Assembly: GCA_041660365.1 (NCBI GenBank)
Contig: JBAZWK010000001.1
Span: forward strand, 1,524 to 65,523
Direction of reading: 5' to 3'
Length of the DNA: 64,000 nucleotides
DNA from: Candidatus Shapirobacteria bacterium
GTDB lineage: Bacteria; Patescibacteriota; Microgenomatia; UBA12405
Shown here: piece by piece, positions 36,318 to 45,869 of the stretch
How positions within the stretch are numbered: the stretch's first letter is position 1
How the letters are laid out: each line of letters starts with the position of its first letter
The notes under the pieces: generated by a model
Told to the model about the DNA's origin: nothing
Databases searched by the model: none
What the model saw: only the letters and a program-made list of their open reading frames with translations
Translations under genes and position numbers: made by a program

Positions 36318-37183
36318 TAGTTATTTTGATAAATTCTAAGAACGGCCGAACGGGATAAAGGATTTTTTTTAATTTCTTGATGAGTCGGCAGAAATTTTTC
36401 TGATTTTAGATGGTGTTGAACAATAAATTGTTTAATAATCCGATCTTCACCGGAATGAAATGAAATAATAACAACTTTACCCGATTTTTTGGTTATTTTT
36501 AATGAAGCATTGAGAAGTTTTTTTAAATTATCAAATTCATGATTAACGGTAATTCGCAGGGCCAAGAAAATTTTAGTAGAGGGATTTTTTTGAGTAGAAT
36601 AATGTTTTTTTTGATAATAATTTTGGACAATTTGGCTGAGCTCTAAACCATTTTTTATGGGATGATGTTGTCGAGCCTGAATGATTTCATAAACTAATGG
36701 TTTGGCAAGTTTTTCCTGAGCATATTTAGTAAAAATTTCATAAAGTTGATCTTTATCCCAAGTATTAATAATTTCTTCGGCGCTTAGAGTTTGAGTTTTA
36801 GGATTAAGTCGCATATCCAAAGATTTTGGATCATTAAATGAGAATCCCCTATCTGTGCCTGATTGTTGGTTAAGACTTAAGCCTAAATCGACTAGAAGAC
36901 CATCTAAAGGCTGTTTTATTTTTTTGTGCCAAAGAGAATAGATTTGAGAAAAATTGCCTTTAAGGGGATGAAAGTTTGTAGATAAATTTTCGTTCTTTAT
37001 CCTATCTACAGCAATTTTTTGATTTTGTGGATCAAGATCAAGGCCATAGACAGTAGCGCCTTTATTTAAAATTTCCAGAGTATGTCCAGCATGACCTAAA
37101 GTAGCATCTAAAAATGTTTGACCACTTTGAGGGTCGAGAAGTTTAATGACTTCTGATAATAGGACAGGCTGGTGATAATTCAT
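36317..37183 (-). CDS. rsmH: 16S rRNA (cytosine1402-N4)-methyltransferase RsmH (MraW)
   Basis: 'HQPVLLSEVIKLL...FLDATLGHAGHT' is the RsmH N-terminus. Ends with 'FHSGEDRIIK'. Confidence 0.85.
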   Translation of the reverse strand: MNYHQPVLLSEVIKLLDPQSGQTFLDATLGHAGHTLEILNKGATVYGLDLDPQNQKIAVDRIKNENLSTNFHPLKGNFSQIYSLWHKKIKQPLDGLLVDLGLSLNQQSGTDRGFSFNDPKSLDMRLNPKTQTLSAEEIINTWDKDQLYEIFTKYAQEKLAKPLVYEIIQARQHHPIKNGLELSQIVQNYYQKKHYSTQKNPSTKIFLALRITVNHEFDNLKKLLNASLKITKKSGKVVIISFHSGEDRIIKQFIVQHHLKSEKFLPTHQEIKKNPLSRSAVLRIYQNN

Positions 37184-37797
37184 TAAAGAGAAGAAGAGTT
37201 GGTGACTAAGTAAGAGCCATCATTTTTATAGTCTTTAAGAACCACAAAGTAAGTGCTGCTGGGTATGGATTTGGGAACAGAACTAAAGTTTTGATCAGTC
37301 CAAACTAATTTACCCGCTTTTTTAACTTCGGCGGAACTTTTGAGAGTAAAAGGAGTGTCAAAAGTGGAAATCTGGCCATTTTGGGTGGTAAAAGTTAAAT
37401 TTAAATTACCACCGGTGACGCCATTGTCGTAACTGTATTTACAGCCAGAGGTACAACTTTCAGTACCTAAAAGAATTTTTCTATCGGTTTTTGTAGCAGC
37501 TAAATCGGTGGCTTCAATGTTTCCAGAGGCTCCTTTTTCAATTTCTAAACCATTAGTGGCGGCAGTATAAGTGAGTTCGTATTCTATTTTGGTAATATTT
37601 TTCGAAATTGACCCTATTCTTAGAGTTAATTCGTGGCCGTCATTTCGGGAAAGAAGAGAAATTGTGGGACGGTCGGCGACAGCCATTTCTACTAGTCTAG
37701 GGGTGGGGGTGGGAGAAGTGGTGGCTGTGGGAGTATTTTTACCACAAGCGGAAAGAATTAAAACGGAAATAAGAATTAGACCAAGATATTTTTTCAT
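37183..37797 (-). CDS. Hypothetical lipoprotein
   Basis: Signal peptide with lipobox 'ILSACG', then a Thr/Pro-rich linker. 204 aa. Confidence 0.4.
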   Translation of the reverse strand: MKKYLGLILISVLILSACGKNTPTATTSPTPTPRLVEMAVADRPTISLLSRNDGHELTLRIGSISKNITKIEYELTYTAATNGLEIEKGASGNIEATDLAATKTDRKILLGTESCTSGCKYSYDNGVTGGNLNLTFTTQNGQISTFDTPFTLKSSAEVKKAGKLVWTDQNFSSVPKSIPSSTYFVVLKDYKNDGSYLVTNSSSL

Positions 37798-37800
37798 AGG

Positions 37801-39117
37801 TTAATTTAACTGCTTTTTGAGCCAGGTGTCAATTTCGTCGATATTTATTCTAATTTGAGACATAGTATCCCGATCGCGAATAGAGACAGTGTGGTCTTCT
37901 AAAGTTTGATAATCAATAACAGCACACCAAGGAGTGCCAATTTCGTCCTGACGACGATATTTTTTACCAATATTACTGCTGTCGTCAAAATCAACGGAAT
38001 AATTTTGTGATAGGTCGGTGTAAAGTTTTTGAGCTTTTTCAACGAGTTCTGGTTTATTAGCTGCTAAGGGAAAAATAGCCAATTTATAGGCAGAAACCTT
38101 TGGATTGATTTTTAAATAAGTTCTAATTTCACCATTGTCTAATTTTTGTTCCTGATAAGCGTCAAGCAATAAAAAGAAAAAAGAACGGTCAACTCCACCA
38201 GAAGCCTCGACGATATGAGGTAAATATTTTTCATGAGTGACTGGATCTAAATAACTAAGATCCTGACCACTAAATTTGGAATGTTGGGTTAAATCATAGT
38301 TACCACGCCAATGAATGCCTTCCATTTCCGCCCATCCCCAGGGAGCATTATATTCAATATCAAAGGCTTTTTTGGCATAAAAAGCGAGTTCGTCTGGTTC
38401 ATGTTGGCGAAATCTTAAGGAATCTTTTTGGTTAAATAAATTTTGATACCAGGTCATACGCTGTGCTTTCCAATATTCATAGAATTTATCCATATCGGCT
38501 TCTTGGCAAAAATATTGGATATCCCATTGTTCAAATTCTCGGGTACGATAGAGAAAATTTTTGGGAGTGATTTCATTTCGAAAGGCTTTTCCAATTTGAG
38601 CAATACCAAAAGGAATTTTGACACGGCAGGAATTAACCACATTTTGAAAATCTAAATAGATAGTTTGACAGGCTTCACCACGAAGATAAGTTTTTATTTT
38701 TTCACCTTCAATAACCCCAATACTAGTTTCCATAAGGGTATTAAATTTTTTGGCTTGAGTGAATTCTCCCCCACAATCAGGACAAATTTTAGCATTATCG
38801 ATTAAATCGGGACGAAAACGGTGGTGACATTTTTTACATTCCACCATAAGATCACCAAAATTTTGGATATGACCGGAGGCTTCCCAAACTTTAGGGTGAG
38901 TAATTATGGTCCCATCAATCAAAACAAGATCAGAACGCTGCTGGACATTGTGTTTCAACCATAAAGATTTCCAGTTGTTTTTCATTAAAGAACCGATGGG
39001 GCCGTAATCATAAAAACCTTGGATACCACCGTAGATTTCACTGTTTTGAAATATTATCCCTCGACGTTTACAAAGGGAGACAATCTTAGCGACTTGATCA
39101 TTTTGCTCATTACTCAT
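37801..39117 (-). CDS. glyQS: Glycyl-tRNA synthetase, alpha2 (archaeal/eukaryal-like) type
   Basis: 'FQNSEIYGGIQGFYDYGPIGSLMKNN' is the class-II GlyRS motif 1 region. A zinc knuckle 'CKKCHHRFR...CPDCGG' is present. Confidence 0.85.
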   Translation of the reverse strand: MSNEQNDQVAKIVSLCKRRGIIFQNSEIYGGIQGFYDYGPIGSLMKNNWKSLWLKHNVQQRSDLVLIDGTIITHPKVWEASGHIQNFGDLMVECKKCHHRFRPDLIDNAKICPDCGGEFTQAKKFNTLMETSIGVIEGEKIKTYLRGEACQTIYLDFQNVVNSCRVKIPFGIAQIGKAFRNEITPKNFLYRTREFEQWDIQYFCQEADMDKFYEYWKAQRMTWYQNLFNQKDSLRFRQHEPDELAFYAKKAFDIEYNAPWGWAEMEGIHWRGNYDLTQHSKFSGQDLSYLDPVTHEKYLPHIVEASGGVDRSFFFLLLDAYQEQKLDNGEIRTYLKINPKVSAYKLAIFPLAANKPELVEKAQKLYTDLSQNYSVDFDDSSNIGKKYRRQDEIGTPWCAVIDYQTLEDHTVSIRDRDTMSQIRINIDEIDTWLKKQLN

Positions 39118-39133
39118 GTGTGTATTATAAACG

Positions 39134-40516
39134 TTAATTTATAGTTCTGGAAATTTTATATACAAACCAGTCTGAACGGTTTATCTTGATAGTATCTGAA
39201 GGTTTTAGATTACGAAAGTTATCGAGTTCGTAAGCCGGATCTTTTGAGAGTTTTTGCCAATCATTTTGATAAGAAATAACGTACAAAGTATCAATTTTTT
39301 TATATTCAGCGGGATCTTTTATGACAATATCTTTTAAAGTTAATTGATCTTTAAAACGAAAACCTTTGGTATTTCCATCTGGACTTTGGAGAACAATTAA
39401 ATTAAACAATGGGTCACTTTTTTGATTTTCGTCAATATAGTTGATAATTTGTTTTTGGGCCTGAATATTACTAGTCCAATCTGATGAATTTAAAATGGTA
39501 GGAATATTTAAAAGATTAAAAACAATTAATAGGAGAGTTAATAATTTGATTAAAAGATATTTTTGATTTTTATATAACCAAAATAAGTAAAAAATAGTGA
39601 CTGGTAGGATATAGTGACCACTAAATCGGCTATGTGCTAAAGAGAGGCCGACTATTTGAAAAATAAACGGTAGTATCCAGAGGTTATTTTTGTTTCGATA
39701 AATAATGAGACTAGTTAATGTCAGAATAAAAGCAATATAGCCAAAAACTATTTGATTTCCAGAGAAATAGGTAAAAAGATTAGTGGTAAGAAGCCAAAGA
39801 TTTTGCAAAAAGGAGATTTGGTGGGTATTGGTGTAGAGCTGACTAAAAGAAAGCATTCTGGTTATAAATAATCCGGGAGGATGGGTTAAATCAAACAAAA
39901 TGAAAGGAGTAATGCTTAGGAATAAACCGAGCGAATATTGCCAACTGTCTTTAAATTTTCTATTAAGAAAAAATATTATTGGAATAATGGCTAGTGTAGT
40001 AAAAACGGCAAACCAGTGAAGATGAATAGTTAAGCCCATTAGAATACCGGTGATAATATATTTATAAGGTAACTTAGAAAAAAGAATTAAGAGAGATAGG
40101 GCTTGAAAAAATGGAATAAGGTGAGGACTCCAAGCCCAGCGGGAGGAGACCAATAGAGGAGTAAAGATAACTGTTAATATAAAAATTGGATAAGACCAAT
40201 GAATTTTTTTTAGAATTAAAGCAAAAAGTATAAGAGTCAGAAGGCCGTAAAAGACAGTGCTATAGGCGGTAACCATGGGGTCATAACCAAAGATAATACA
40301 AAATGGCAAAAATAAATAATAAGGCAGGGAACTAAAAACTTCGATACCGTTTTCATCTGTTGGACCAATTAAAGTAATTTTTTTGTTTTGATAAATATTT
40401 TTAATACTGACGAGAACACTGGATTCATCGCGTGTAAAACGGGAACTATATTGAAGATTGTATAAGCGAAAAAATATCGCCAGAGCGATTAGTAATATAA
40501 TAATTATTTTTTTCAT
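39134..40516 (-). CDS. GT-C-fold polytopic membrane glycosyltransferase (ArnT / PMT / GT39-83-like)
   Basis: About 11 TM helices. The first loop 'FFRLYNLQYSSRFTRDESSVL' carries the DE motif typical of ArnT/PMT-type GT-C enzymes. Soluble C-terminal domain. Confidence 0.45.
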   Translation of the reverse strand: MKKIIIILLIALAIFFRLYNLQYSSRFTRDESSVLVSIKNIYQNKKITLIGPTDENGIEVFSSLPYYLFLPFCIIFGYDPMVTAYSTVFYGLLTLILFALILKKIHWSYPIFILTVIFTPLLVSSRWAWSPHLIPFFQALSLLILFSKLPYKYIITGILMGLTIHLHWFAVFTTLAIIPIIFFLNRKFKDSWQYSLGLFLSITPFILFDLTHPPGLFITRMLSFSQLYTNTHQISFLQNLWLLTTNLFTYFSGNQIVFGYIAFILTLTSLIIYRNKNNLWILPFIFQIVGLSLAHSRFSGHYILPVTIFYLFWLYKNQKYLLIKLLTLLLIVFNLLNIPTILNSSDWTSNIQAQKQIINYIDENQKSDPLFNLIVLQSPDGNTKGFRFKDQLTLKDIVIKDPAEYKKIDTLYVISYQNDWQKLSKDPAYELDNFRNLKPSDTIKINRSDWFVYKISRTIN

Positions 40517-41073
40517 TTAAATAGTTTACTGCTAATAAGTGGTTTTTCGATAATGGATTCACAATATTTTTTAAGAAGTTGTTGAGTATTTTTATAATCT
40601 TGTTCTTGGTAAATATTTTTTATTTCAGTGGGAATGCCATAACCCAATAATTCCAAAAACAAAATTTCATTTTTAATAAATATATTGAACTGGTCCTGAC
40701 TAATGGATTCGATAATTTTAGCTAAAATTGGGTAAATTTCTGGGAGATTTTGATTGAAGGGTAAAAGAAGGTTGGCTATTTCTAAAAAATAAAACAGTAA
40801 ATTAATCTGGCCAAGCTTTTGGGAATGATAAAGAAAGGACAGTTCCGATTCCGATTCAGAGAGCCAAAGAAAATTATTTTTTTGATAAAGACCAACCTTA
40901 ATGATGTTGCCTATTTCTAAATGACCAAGACGGCGGCTTTTAACGGACTGAACGCTTTTTGCTAAACAGTTTATTTTGCCTAAGTTTGGGGTAAATAATG
41001 TTAAAAGTAAATCCCCTTCTCCACGACGTTGTTTTTTGATAACAATGGCATGTGTGGAAATATTTCGGTCCAT
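40513..41073 (-). CDS. recO: DNA repair protein RecO (short form)
   Basis: 'THAIVIKKQRRGEGDLLLTLFTPNLGKINCLAKSVQSVKSRR' parallels the RecO N-terminal OB-fold consensus. 186 aa. Confidence 0.55.
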   Translation of the reverse strand: MDRNISTHAIVIKKQRRGEGDLLLTLFTPNLGKINCLAKSVQSVKSRRLGHLEIGNIIKVGLYQKNNFLWLSESESELSFLYHSQKLGQINLLFYFLEIANLLLPFNQNLPEIYPILAKIIESISQDQFNIFIKNEILFLELLGYGIPTEIKNIYQEQDYKNTQQLLKKYCESIIEKPLISSKLFK

Positions 41074-43016
41074 TAGAGAGAGAGTTTGATGGTTTTATCG
41101 GCTACCCAAGAGAAAGTATCAACTTTTTGGCCGTTGACATAGATATCGTAATTAATGGCTTTGGTGCCGGGTTGTTTTTGTAAATAAAGAGTATAGTTAC
41201 TGCTGGCTTTAACAGATGAAGTATATTGGACGGTGATAATATTGCTTGACATAGCATAAAGCGGATATTTGTTGCCGTAAAAGCCTTCAAAAACTTGTTT
41301 GCCTAATTCCTCGTAGAGAACTGGCTCGACTTCAGAGCCGGTCATTTTGATTAGTTTGCTACCAATTGGAACATAAAATCTGAACATATCTCGATAGGTG
41401 GGAGCGTTAAGACAAAGGTCACCTTTTTCCAAATTACAATTAGAGGCTTTGGCGGGATTGGTGTAAGTTAGAGTGATTTTATGATTAACTAAGCCGTTAC
41501 TGGTAGTAATTTCATCTTTAATTTTTTGGGTAATAAAGATATTACTTTTGGCACTGGCAAAATTAGCGTCGTTGAGGTGGAAATAATCAGTGTTGGCATC
41601 AGTGGCGACAATTTGGCCGGCAATATTGACTGATTCAGCTGCCTTTTGAATTTCTGTATTATTGGGAAAATAGAATAAAATGTGTTTTTGGTTAATATTT
41701 TTAAATAAAGCTTGGGCTAATGGGGCAATTTTATCTTTTTCAGAACCCATAGCATTGGCTAATAGTGCCTGCATTAATGGTCCCATAAATCCTTTCCGAT
41801 TGGTTTCGATGTAATTTCTGGGACGGCCGGCGATATATTCAAGAGCGTAAATAATTTGGGGACAGCCGTCACAACGGGAATCGGGAGCGGCAGTAAAGGT
41901 ACCAACAGTAGTATCTAATTTACCTAAAACACTAACCATATCGACCAAAACTTGGGTATCAATAGCTACTACGGCATCGAACTGAGTTTTTTTGCCCATA
42001 GCTTTATAGTAACTATCCAAAAATATTTGGGCATCAGTAGGAAAATCAGGCGATAAATTACTGTCACGAAGGTTAAGATAAGGAACGTTAATGTGATAGG
42101 ACTTAATAATTCGGGGAGCTGGGGTAGTGCTCGAGAGTTTATCGTCAAGGTCATAAATATTGCTGGCAGTGCCGGGAGTAATTTTACCGTTGGTAACTTT
42201 TATGGAAGAATAAGCAGTCCAAAAGCCACCACTGGGACGGAGTTCGCCGTCATTTTGAAAGATCATTAAGTAATTTCGGGAACTATCTTTACCGAGTAAC
42301 CAAGAGATGTTGGTTAAAATTGGTTTACCTTCACTTAAAATTTTATTGGCTTGACTGATAGTCTCTTTGACCTGATTAAAATCTTGATGAATGGCGATAT
42401 TTTTGTAAGTAGCCGGATAACGATTAATATCAATTTTATTGATTAATGAATCAATTTCAATAATTTTATTTTCAATAGAGTCCAGATGAGGCAATAAACT
42501 TCCTACCGATTCGGTCAAAAAAGAAATCCGATCTTCAGTGGTTTTGGCGCTGCTAACCCCCGAGCCTTTAAGACCGAGAAAATCTTGATATGGCTCAATA
42601 GCTTGAATTACAATATCTCCAGTATCTAGGGCGTTTTGACTAATTTTAATCAAATTTTGGCCGTCAGAATAGTAGTTTTTAGCAATAGGGATAATTTTTA
42701 GATAGGATAATTTTTGGAATTTATTATTAATAAGAGTTAACTGTTGACGTAAATTTCCGAGTGTAGTTTTGCTTTGATTTAAATCCTTGTCAGAAATAGA
42801 CTGTTTTAAGGTTTGAACAGTGATTTTGGCAGTATTAATTTGATTGAGTAAATCTTTTCCGGGTAAATAGAGACCGAAAAAGAGAAAAATTAATATTAAA
42901 ACAATAATACTAATTATTACCGATAATACGGTAATAATCTTTTTATGAAATTTCTTTTTTGGAGTTTTTTTAATCGAAACAGAGGTGTTTTTAATCAAGG
43001 TAGCAGGAATTTCCAT
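41073..43016 (-). CDS. DUF4012 domain-containing membrane-anchored protein, of the kind usually linked to cell-envelope polysaccharide loci
   Basis: N-terminal TM. The motif 'LLGKDSSRNYLMIFQNDGELRPSGGFWTAY' is the DUF4012 hallmark. 647 aa. Confidence 0.65.
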   Translation of the reverse strand: MEIPATLIKNTSVSIKKTPKKKFHKKIITVLSVIISIIVLILIFLFFGLYLPGKDLLNQINTAKITVQTLKQSISDKDLNQSKTTLGNLRQQLTLINNKFQKLSYLKIIPIAKNYYSDGQNLIKISQNALDTGDIVIQAIEPYQDFLGLKGSGVSSAKTTEDRISFLTESVGSLLPHLDSIENKIIEIDSLINKIDINRYPATYKNIAIHQDFNQVKETISQANKILSEGKPILTNISWLLGKDSSRNYLMIFQNDGELRPSGGFWTAYSSIKVTNGKITPGTASNIYDLDDKLSSTTPAPRIIKSYHINVPYLNLRDSNLSPDFPTDAQIFLDSYYKAMGKKTQFDAVVAIDTQVLVDMVSVLGKLDTTVGTFTAAPDSRCDGCPQIIYALEYIAGRPRNYIETNRKGFMGPLMQALLANAMGSEKDKIAPLAQALFKNINQKHILFYFPNNTEIQKAAESVNIAGQIVATDANTDYFHLNDANFASAKSNIFITQKIKDEITTSNGLVNHKITLTYTNPAKASNCNLEKGDLCLNAPTYRDMFRFYVPIGSKLIKMTGSEVEPVLYEELGKQVFEGFYGNKYPLYAMSSNIITVQYTSSVKASSNYTLYLQKQPGTKAINYDIYVNGQKVDTFSWVADKTIKLSL

Positions 43017-43034
43017 AATTAAAGTTTAGCATGT

Positions 43035-43721
43035 TTACCAATTAGAAAACATGGCAGCTGGGGTTTTGAAAATAATGGCAATTTCTTGACGAAGCGAGCG
43101 ATTTTTAATATAGACAGCATCCATCTTGGCTCTTTTTTCAAAAGGGAGGTTGTTACGTCCTGAAACTTGCCAGAGACCGGTGATGCCGGGTTTGGCGGTT
43201 CGAATAATATCAATGTATTTTTTTGTTTTAGGGTATTTTTGAGCATATTCATTTAACTCTTCATCGCGATAGGCTCGAGGGCCAACTAAACTCATTTCCC
43301 CTTTTAAAACATTGATAAACTGGGGCATTTCATCAATAGAGGTGGCACGAATAAATTTACCAATTTTGGTAATGCGGGGATCCTCAGAGGCGGAGAGCTT
43401 CCAGTCATTAGCTTTATATTTTTCCCAAAGTTCTGGATAGTTTTCTCTTAAAAATTTATCATTGTCACCACAACGCATAGAGCGAAATTTATACATGAAG
43501 AACTCACGATCTTGACCAACCCTTTTTTGTTTAAAAATAATTGGACCGAAAGAAGTTATTTTGATAAGGAGGGAAACAATTAAAAGAATTGGTGAGAAGG
43601 CAATTAACAAAAGAGCGGAGGCAAAAATATCAATAGTTCTTTTAACGGGAGCAAATAAAAAAACTCTTAGGTTGTAAAAAGGTAAATCTCTTCTAGTCAT
43701 TTTTTGAACATAGAGTGTCAA
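43035..43721 (-). CDS. Initiating polyprenyl-phosphate sugar-phosphate transferase (Bac_transf / PglC-WbaP C-terminal type)
   Basis: 'KRTIDIFASALLLIAFSPILLIVSLLIK...GPIIFKQKRVG...FFMYKFRSM...PGITGLWQVSGR' is the full sugar-transferase motif set. Confidence 0.75.
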   Translation of the reverse strand: MTLYVQKMTRRDLPFYNLRVFLFAPVKRTIDIFASALLLIAFSPILLIVSLLIKITSFGPIIFKQKRVGQDREFFMYKFRSMRCGDNDKFLRENYPELWEKYKANDWKLSASEDPRITKIGKFIRATSIDEMPQFINVLKGEMSLVGPRAYRDEELNEYAQKYPKTKKYIDIIRTAKPGITGLWQVSGRNNLPFEKRAKMDAVYIKNRSLRQEIAIIFKTPAAMFSNW

Positions 43722-44736
43722 CTTGTTGCTTAAAGTTTAACATAAAGTTTTTATGGTCAAAGCGGGAAGCTTGTAACTGACAACCACGGCTGTTTGGGGT
43801 ATGTTTAAGATATTCATTTAAAGCCTTAAATAAGGAATTTTCATTTAATTCAGAAAAGAAAATGCCAGTTTTATGGTCGATAATTGTTTCTAATGCTCCG
43901 CCTTTTTGATAGGCTACCACTCCTCGACCACAAGCTTGAACTTCAAGGGCACTAAGACCAAAATCTTCTTCTTGAGGATGAATTAAACCGAGGCAGTTTT
44001 GATAAAGAGAAACTAATTGATGATCATCAATATTTCCTAAAAATTCGATATTTTTATTATTTTTGGCTAAAGATTTTAAATAGTTTTGGTCTCGACCGAC
44101 GCCAACAATCTTAAGGAAATAAGGAAAATCGCGAAAAGTTTTAATAACTAAGTCAATATTTTTATGAGCGACTAAACGGGAGACAATTAAAAAATAATTT
44201 TTTGGTTTTTGCTGGTTAGGGAAGAACTTTTTAGTATCAATTCCAGGGTAGATGACAGTGGTGGGACGTTGATAATTAGCCTGAATACGTTTGGCAACAT
44301 TTTGTGAATTACAAAAAATATAATCGGGACGAGAGGCATAAATTTTATCTATTTTTTGATATTTTTTTAAAAGTGGCCTAAGTATAAGTGGCGGATTTTG
44401 ATAGAGGTAACGATTAATATTGTGGTAATAGCAAATAAATAAAGTTTGGGGAAGGGTAAGAAAACAGTGACCGATGGTGGAGGTAGTGGAGATTAAAAGA
44501 TCATATGAAGAAAAATCAACTTGCTCCATTTTATAGGCATAAAATGGAGTGTATAGAAGTTTATTTTTTAAATTTAGGGAAATAATTTTGTGGCCTTTTG
44601 GCAACCAAGAGGTTTTTTGAGGGTCATAAATGAGAGTATAAATATCGGCTTGAGGATAGATTTCTAAAAGATCGAGAAGAACTCTTTCGGCACCACCCCA
44701 TTGATTGAGCCAATCATAAAAGATTGCAATTTTCAA
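43693..44736 (-). CDS. Glycosyltransferase family 4 (GT-B). Apparent TTG start sits inside a heptamer repeat
   Basis: 'MKIAIFYDWLNQWGGAERV' and 'EDFGLSALEVQACGRGVVAY' are the GT4 EX7E-type motifs. Confidence 0.7.
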   Translation of the reverse strand: MKIAIFYDWLNQWGGAERVLLDLLEIYPQADIYTLIYDPQKTSWLPKGHKIISLNLKNKLLYTPFYAYKMEQVDFSSYDLLISTTSTIGHCFLTLPQTLFICYYHNINRYLYQNPPLILRPLLKKYQKIDKIYASRPDYIFCNSQNVAKRIQANYQRPTTVIYPGIDTKKFFPNQQKPKNYFLIVSRLVAHKNIDLVIKTFRDFPYFLKIVGVGRDQNYLKSLAKNNKNIEFLGNIDDHQLVSLYQNCLGLIHPQEEDFGLSALEVQACGRGVVAYQKGGALETIIDHKTGIFFSELNENSLFKALNEYLKHTPNSRGCQLQASRFDHKNFMLNFKQQVDTLCSKND

Positions 44737-44762
44737 TTACGAATTACGAATTACGAATTAAG
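44735..44762. repeat. Tandem heptanucleotide repeat (AATTACG)x3 plus one imperfect unit. Spans the 14-bp gap between two GT4 genes and includes the downstream TTG start and the upstream stop
   Basis: Reads aattacg aattacg aattacg aattaag directly. Confidence 0.6.
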
Positions 44763-45869
44763 TAATTCTTGATAAAAATTTAATGTTTGAATAGCGGTTT
44801 TAGACCAAGAATATTTGGTGACTTGTTGATGACCTAACTTTAATAATTTATTTCTGAGTGTTGGAGATTTTTGTAATAATTTAATTTGCTTGATTAAGTC
44901 GTCCGGGTTGTGGGGATTAAAATAGAGAACTGAGTTTTCATAAATTTCCGGAAGACAGCTGGAATTAGCAGCAATAACTGGACAGTTTAGAGCCATAGCT
45001 TCTAAGCCGGTTAAGCTGAAACCTTCTAGAAATGAGGGGTGAACTAAAGCCAAAGCTCGTTGATAAATTTGTTGGAATTTATTGTCTGGCAAATAACCTA
45101 AAAATTCAACTTGTTTTTCCAAGTGATTTAACCTAACTAATTTAACAATTCTTTGAGTAAAAACAGAACGGGCGCAAATAATTTTTAGTTTTAACTTAGG
45201 CAATTTTTTTAAGGCTTCAAAAACAACTTCAATATTTTTATGGGGGTAAAGGTTGCCGGTGTAAATAAGATAGTCAGAGATTCTAGGTTCTGGATTCGAG
45301 AGACGAGAAGATTTTTGGAGAAATTCAGGATCAACGGCTTCGTAAGTAGTAATAATTTTTTGAGAATTAAAATGGTATTTTTCTATGATGTAGTCACGCC
45401 AAAAATTACTGGGGACAATGATAAAACTAGTGTTAAAAATAAAACGGGTCATTAATAAATAACCCCAGTATTTAGGCCAATAAAAAAGAGAATTTCTGGT
45501 CGAGGTAGCTGGTCCTTTGGAAAAATGGCGGATTAAATCATGAACAGTGACGACTGATTTACCACCATAAAAGATGGGTTTATCTAGATGGGTAAAGTGA
45601 ACTAAATCGGGTTTTAAACTTCTTAAAAGAAAGGGTAAGAGTAATTGTTCCTGAATGGAATAATGTCTAAACTTTGTGGTTACGTAGGTAAAATTATTTC
45701 CTAAATCATTTTTTACTTCTGGCAATAATTCTGAATAAACTAAAAGAGTAAAATGATATTTTTTAAAATCAGACTGATCTTTTAGGGCGATTAAAAGATT
45801 TTTGGTATAACGGCCAAGACCGGTGTGTTTGGGACCATAAAGACGAGCATCAATAACAATATGCATCAT
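44751..45869 (-). CDS. Glycosyltransferase family 4
   Basis: 'EGFSLTGLEAMALNCPVIAANSSCLPEI'. GT-B fold. Confidence 0.7.
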   Translation of the reverse strand: MMHIVIDARLYGPKHTGLGRYTKNLLIALKDQSDFKKYHFTLLVYSELLPEVKNDLGNNFTYVTTKFRHYSIQEQLLLPFLLRSLKPDLVHFTHLDKPIFYGGKSVVTVHDLIRHFSKGPATSTRNSLFYWPKYWGYLLMTRFIFNTSFIIVPSNFWRDYIIEKYHFNSQKIITTYEAVDPEFLQKSSRLSNPEPRISDYLIYTGNLYPHKNIEVVFEALKKLPKLKLKIICARSVFTQRIVKLVRLNHLEKQVEFLGYLPDNKFQQIYQRALALVHPSFLEGFSLTGLEAMALNCPVIAANSSCLPEIYENSVLYFNPHNPDDLIKQIKLLQKSPTLRNKLLKLGHQQVTKYSWSKTAIQTLNFYQELLNS

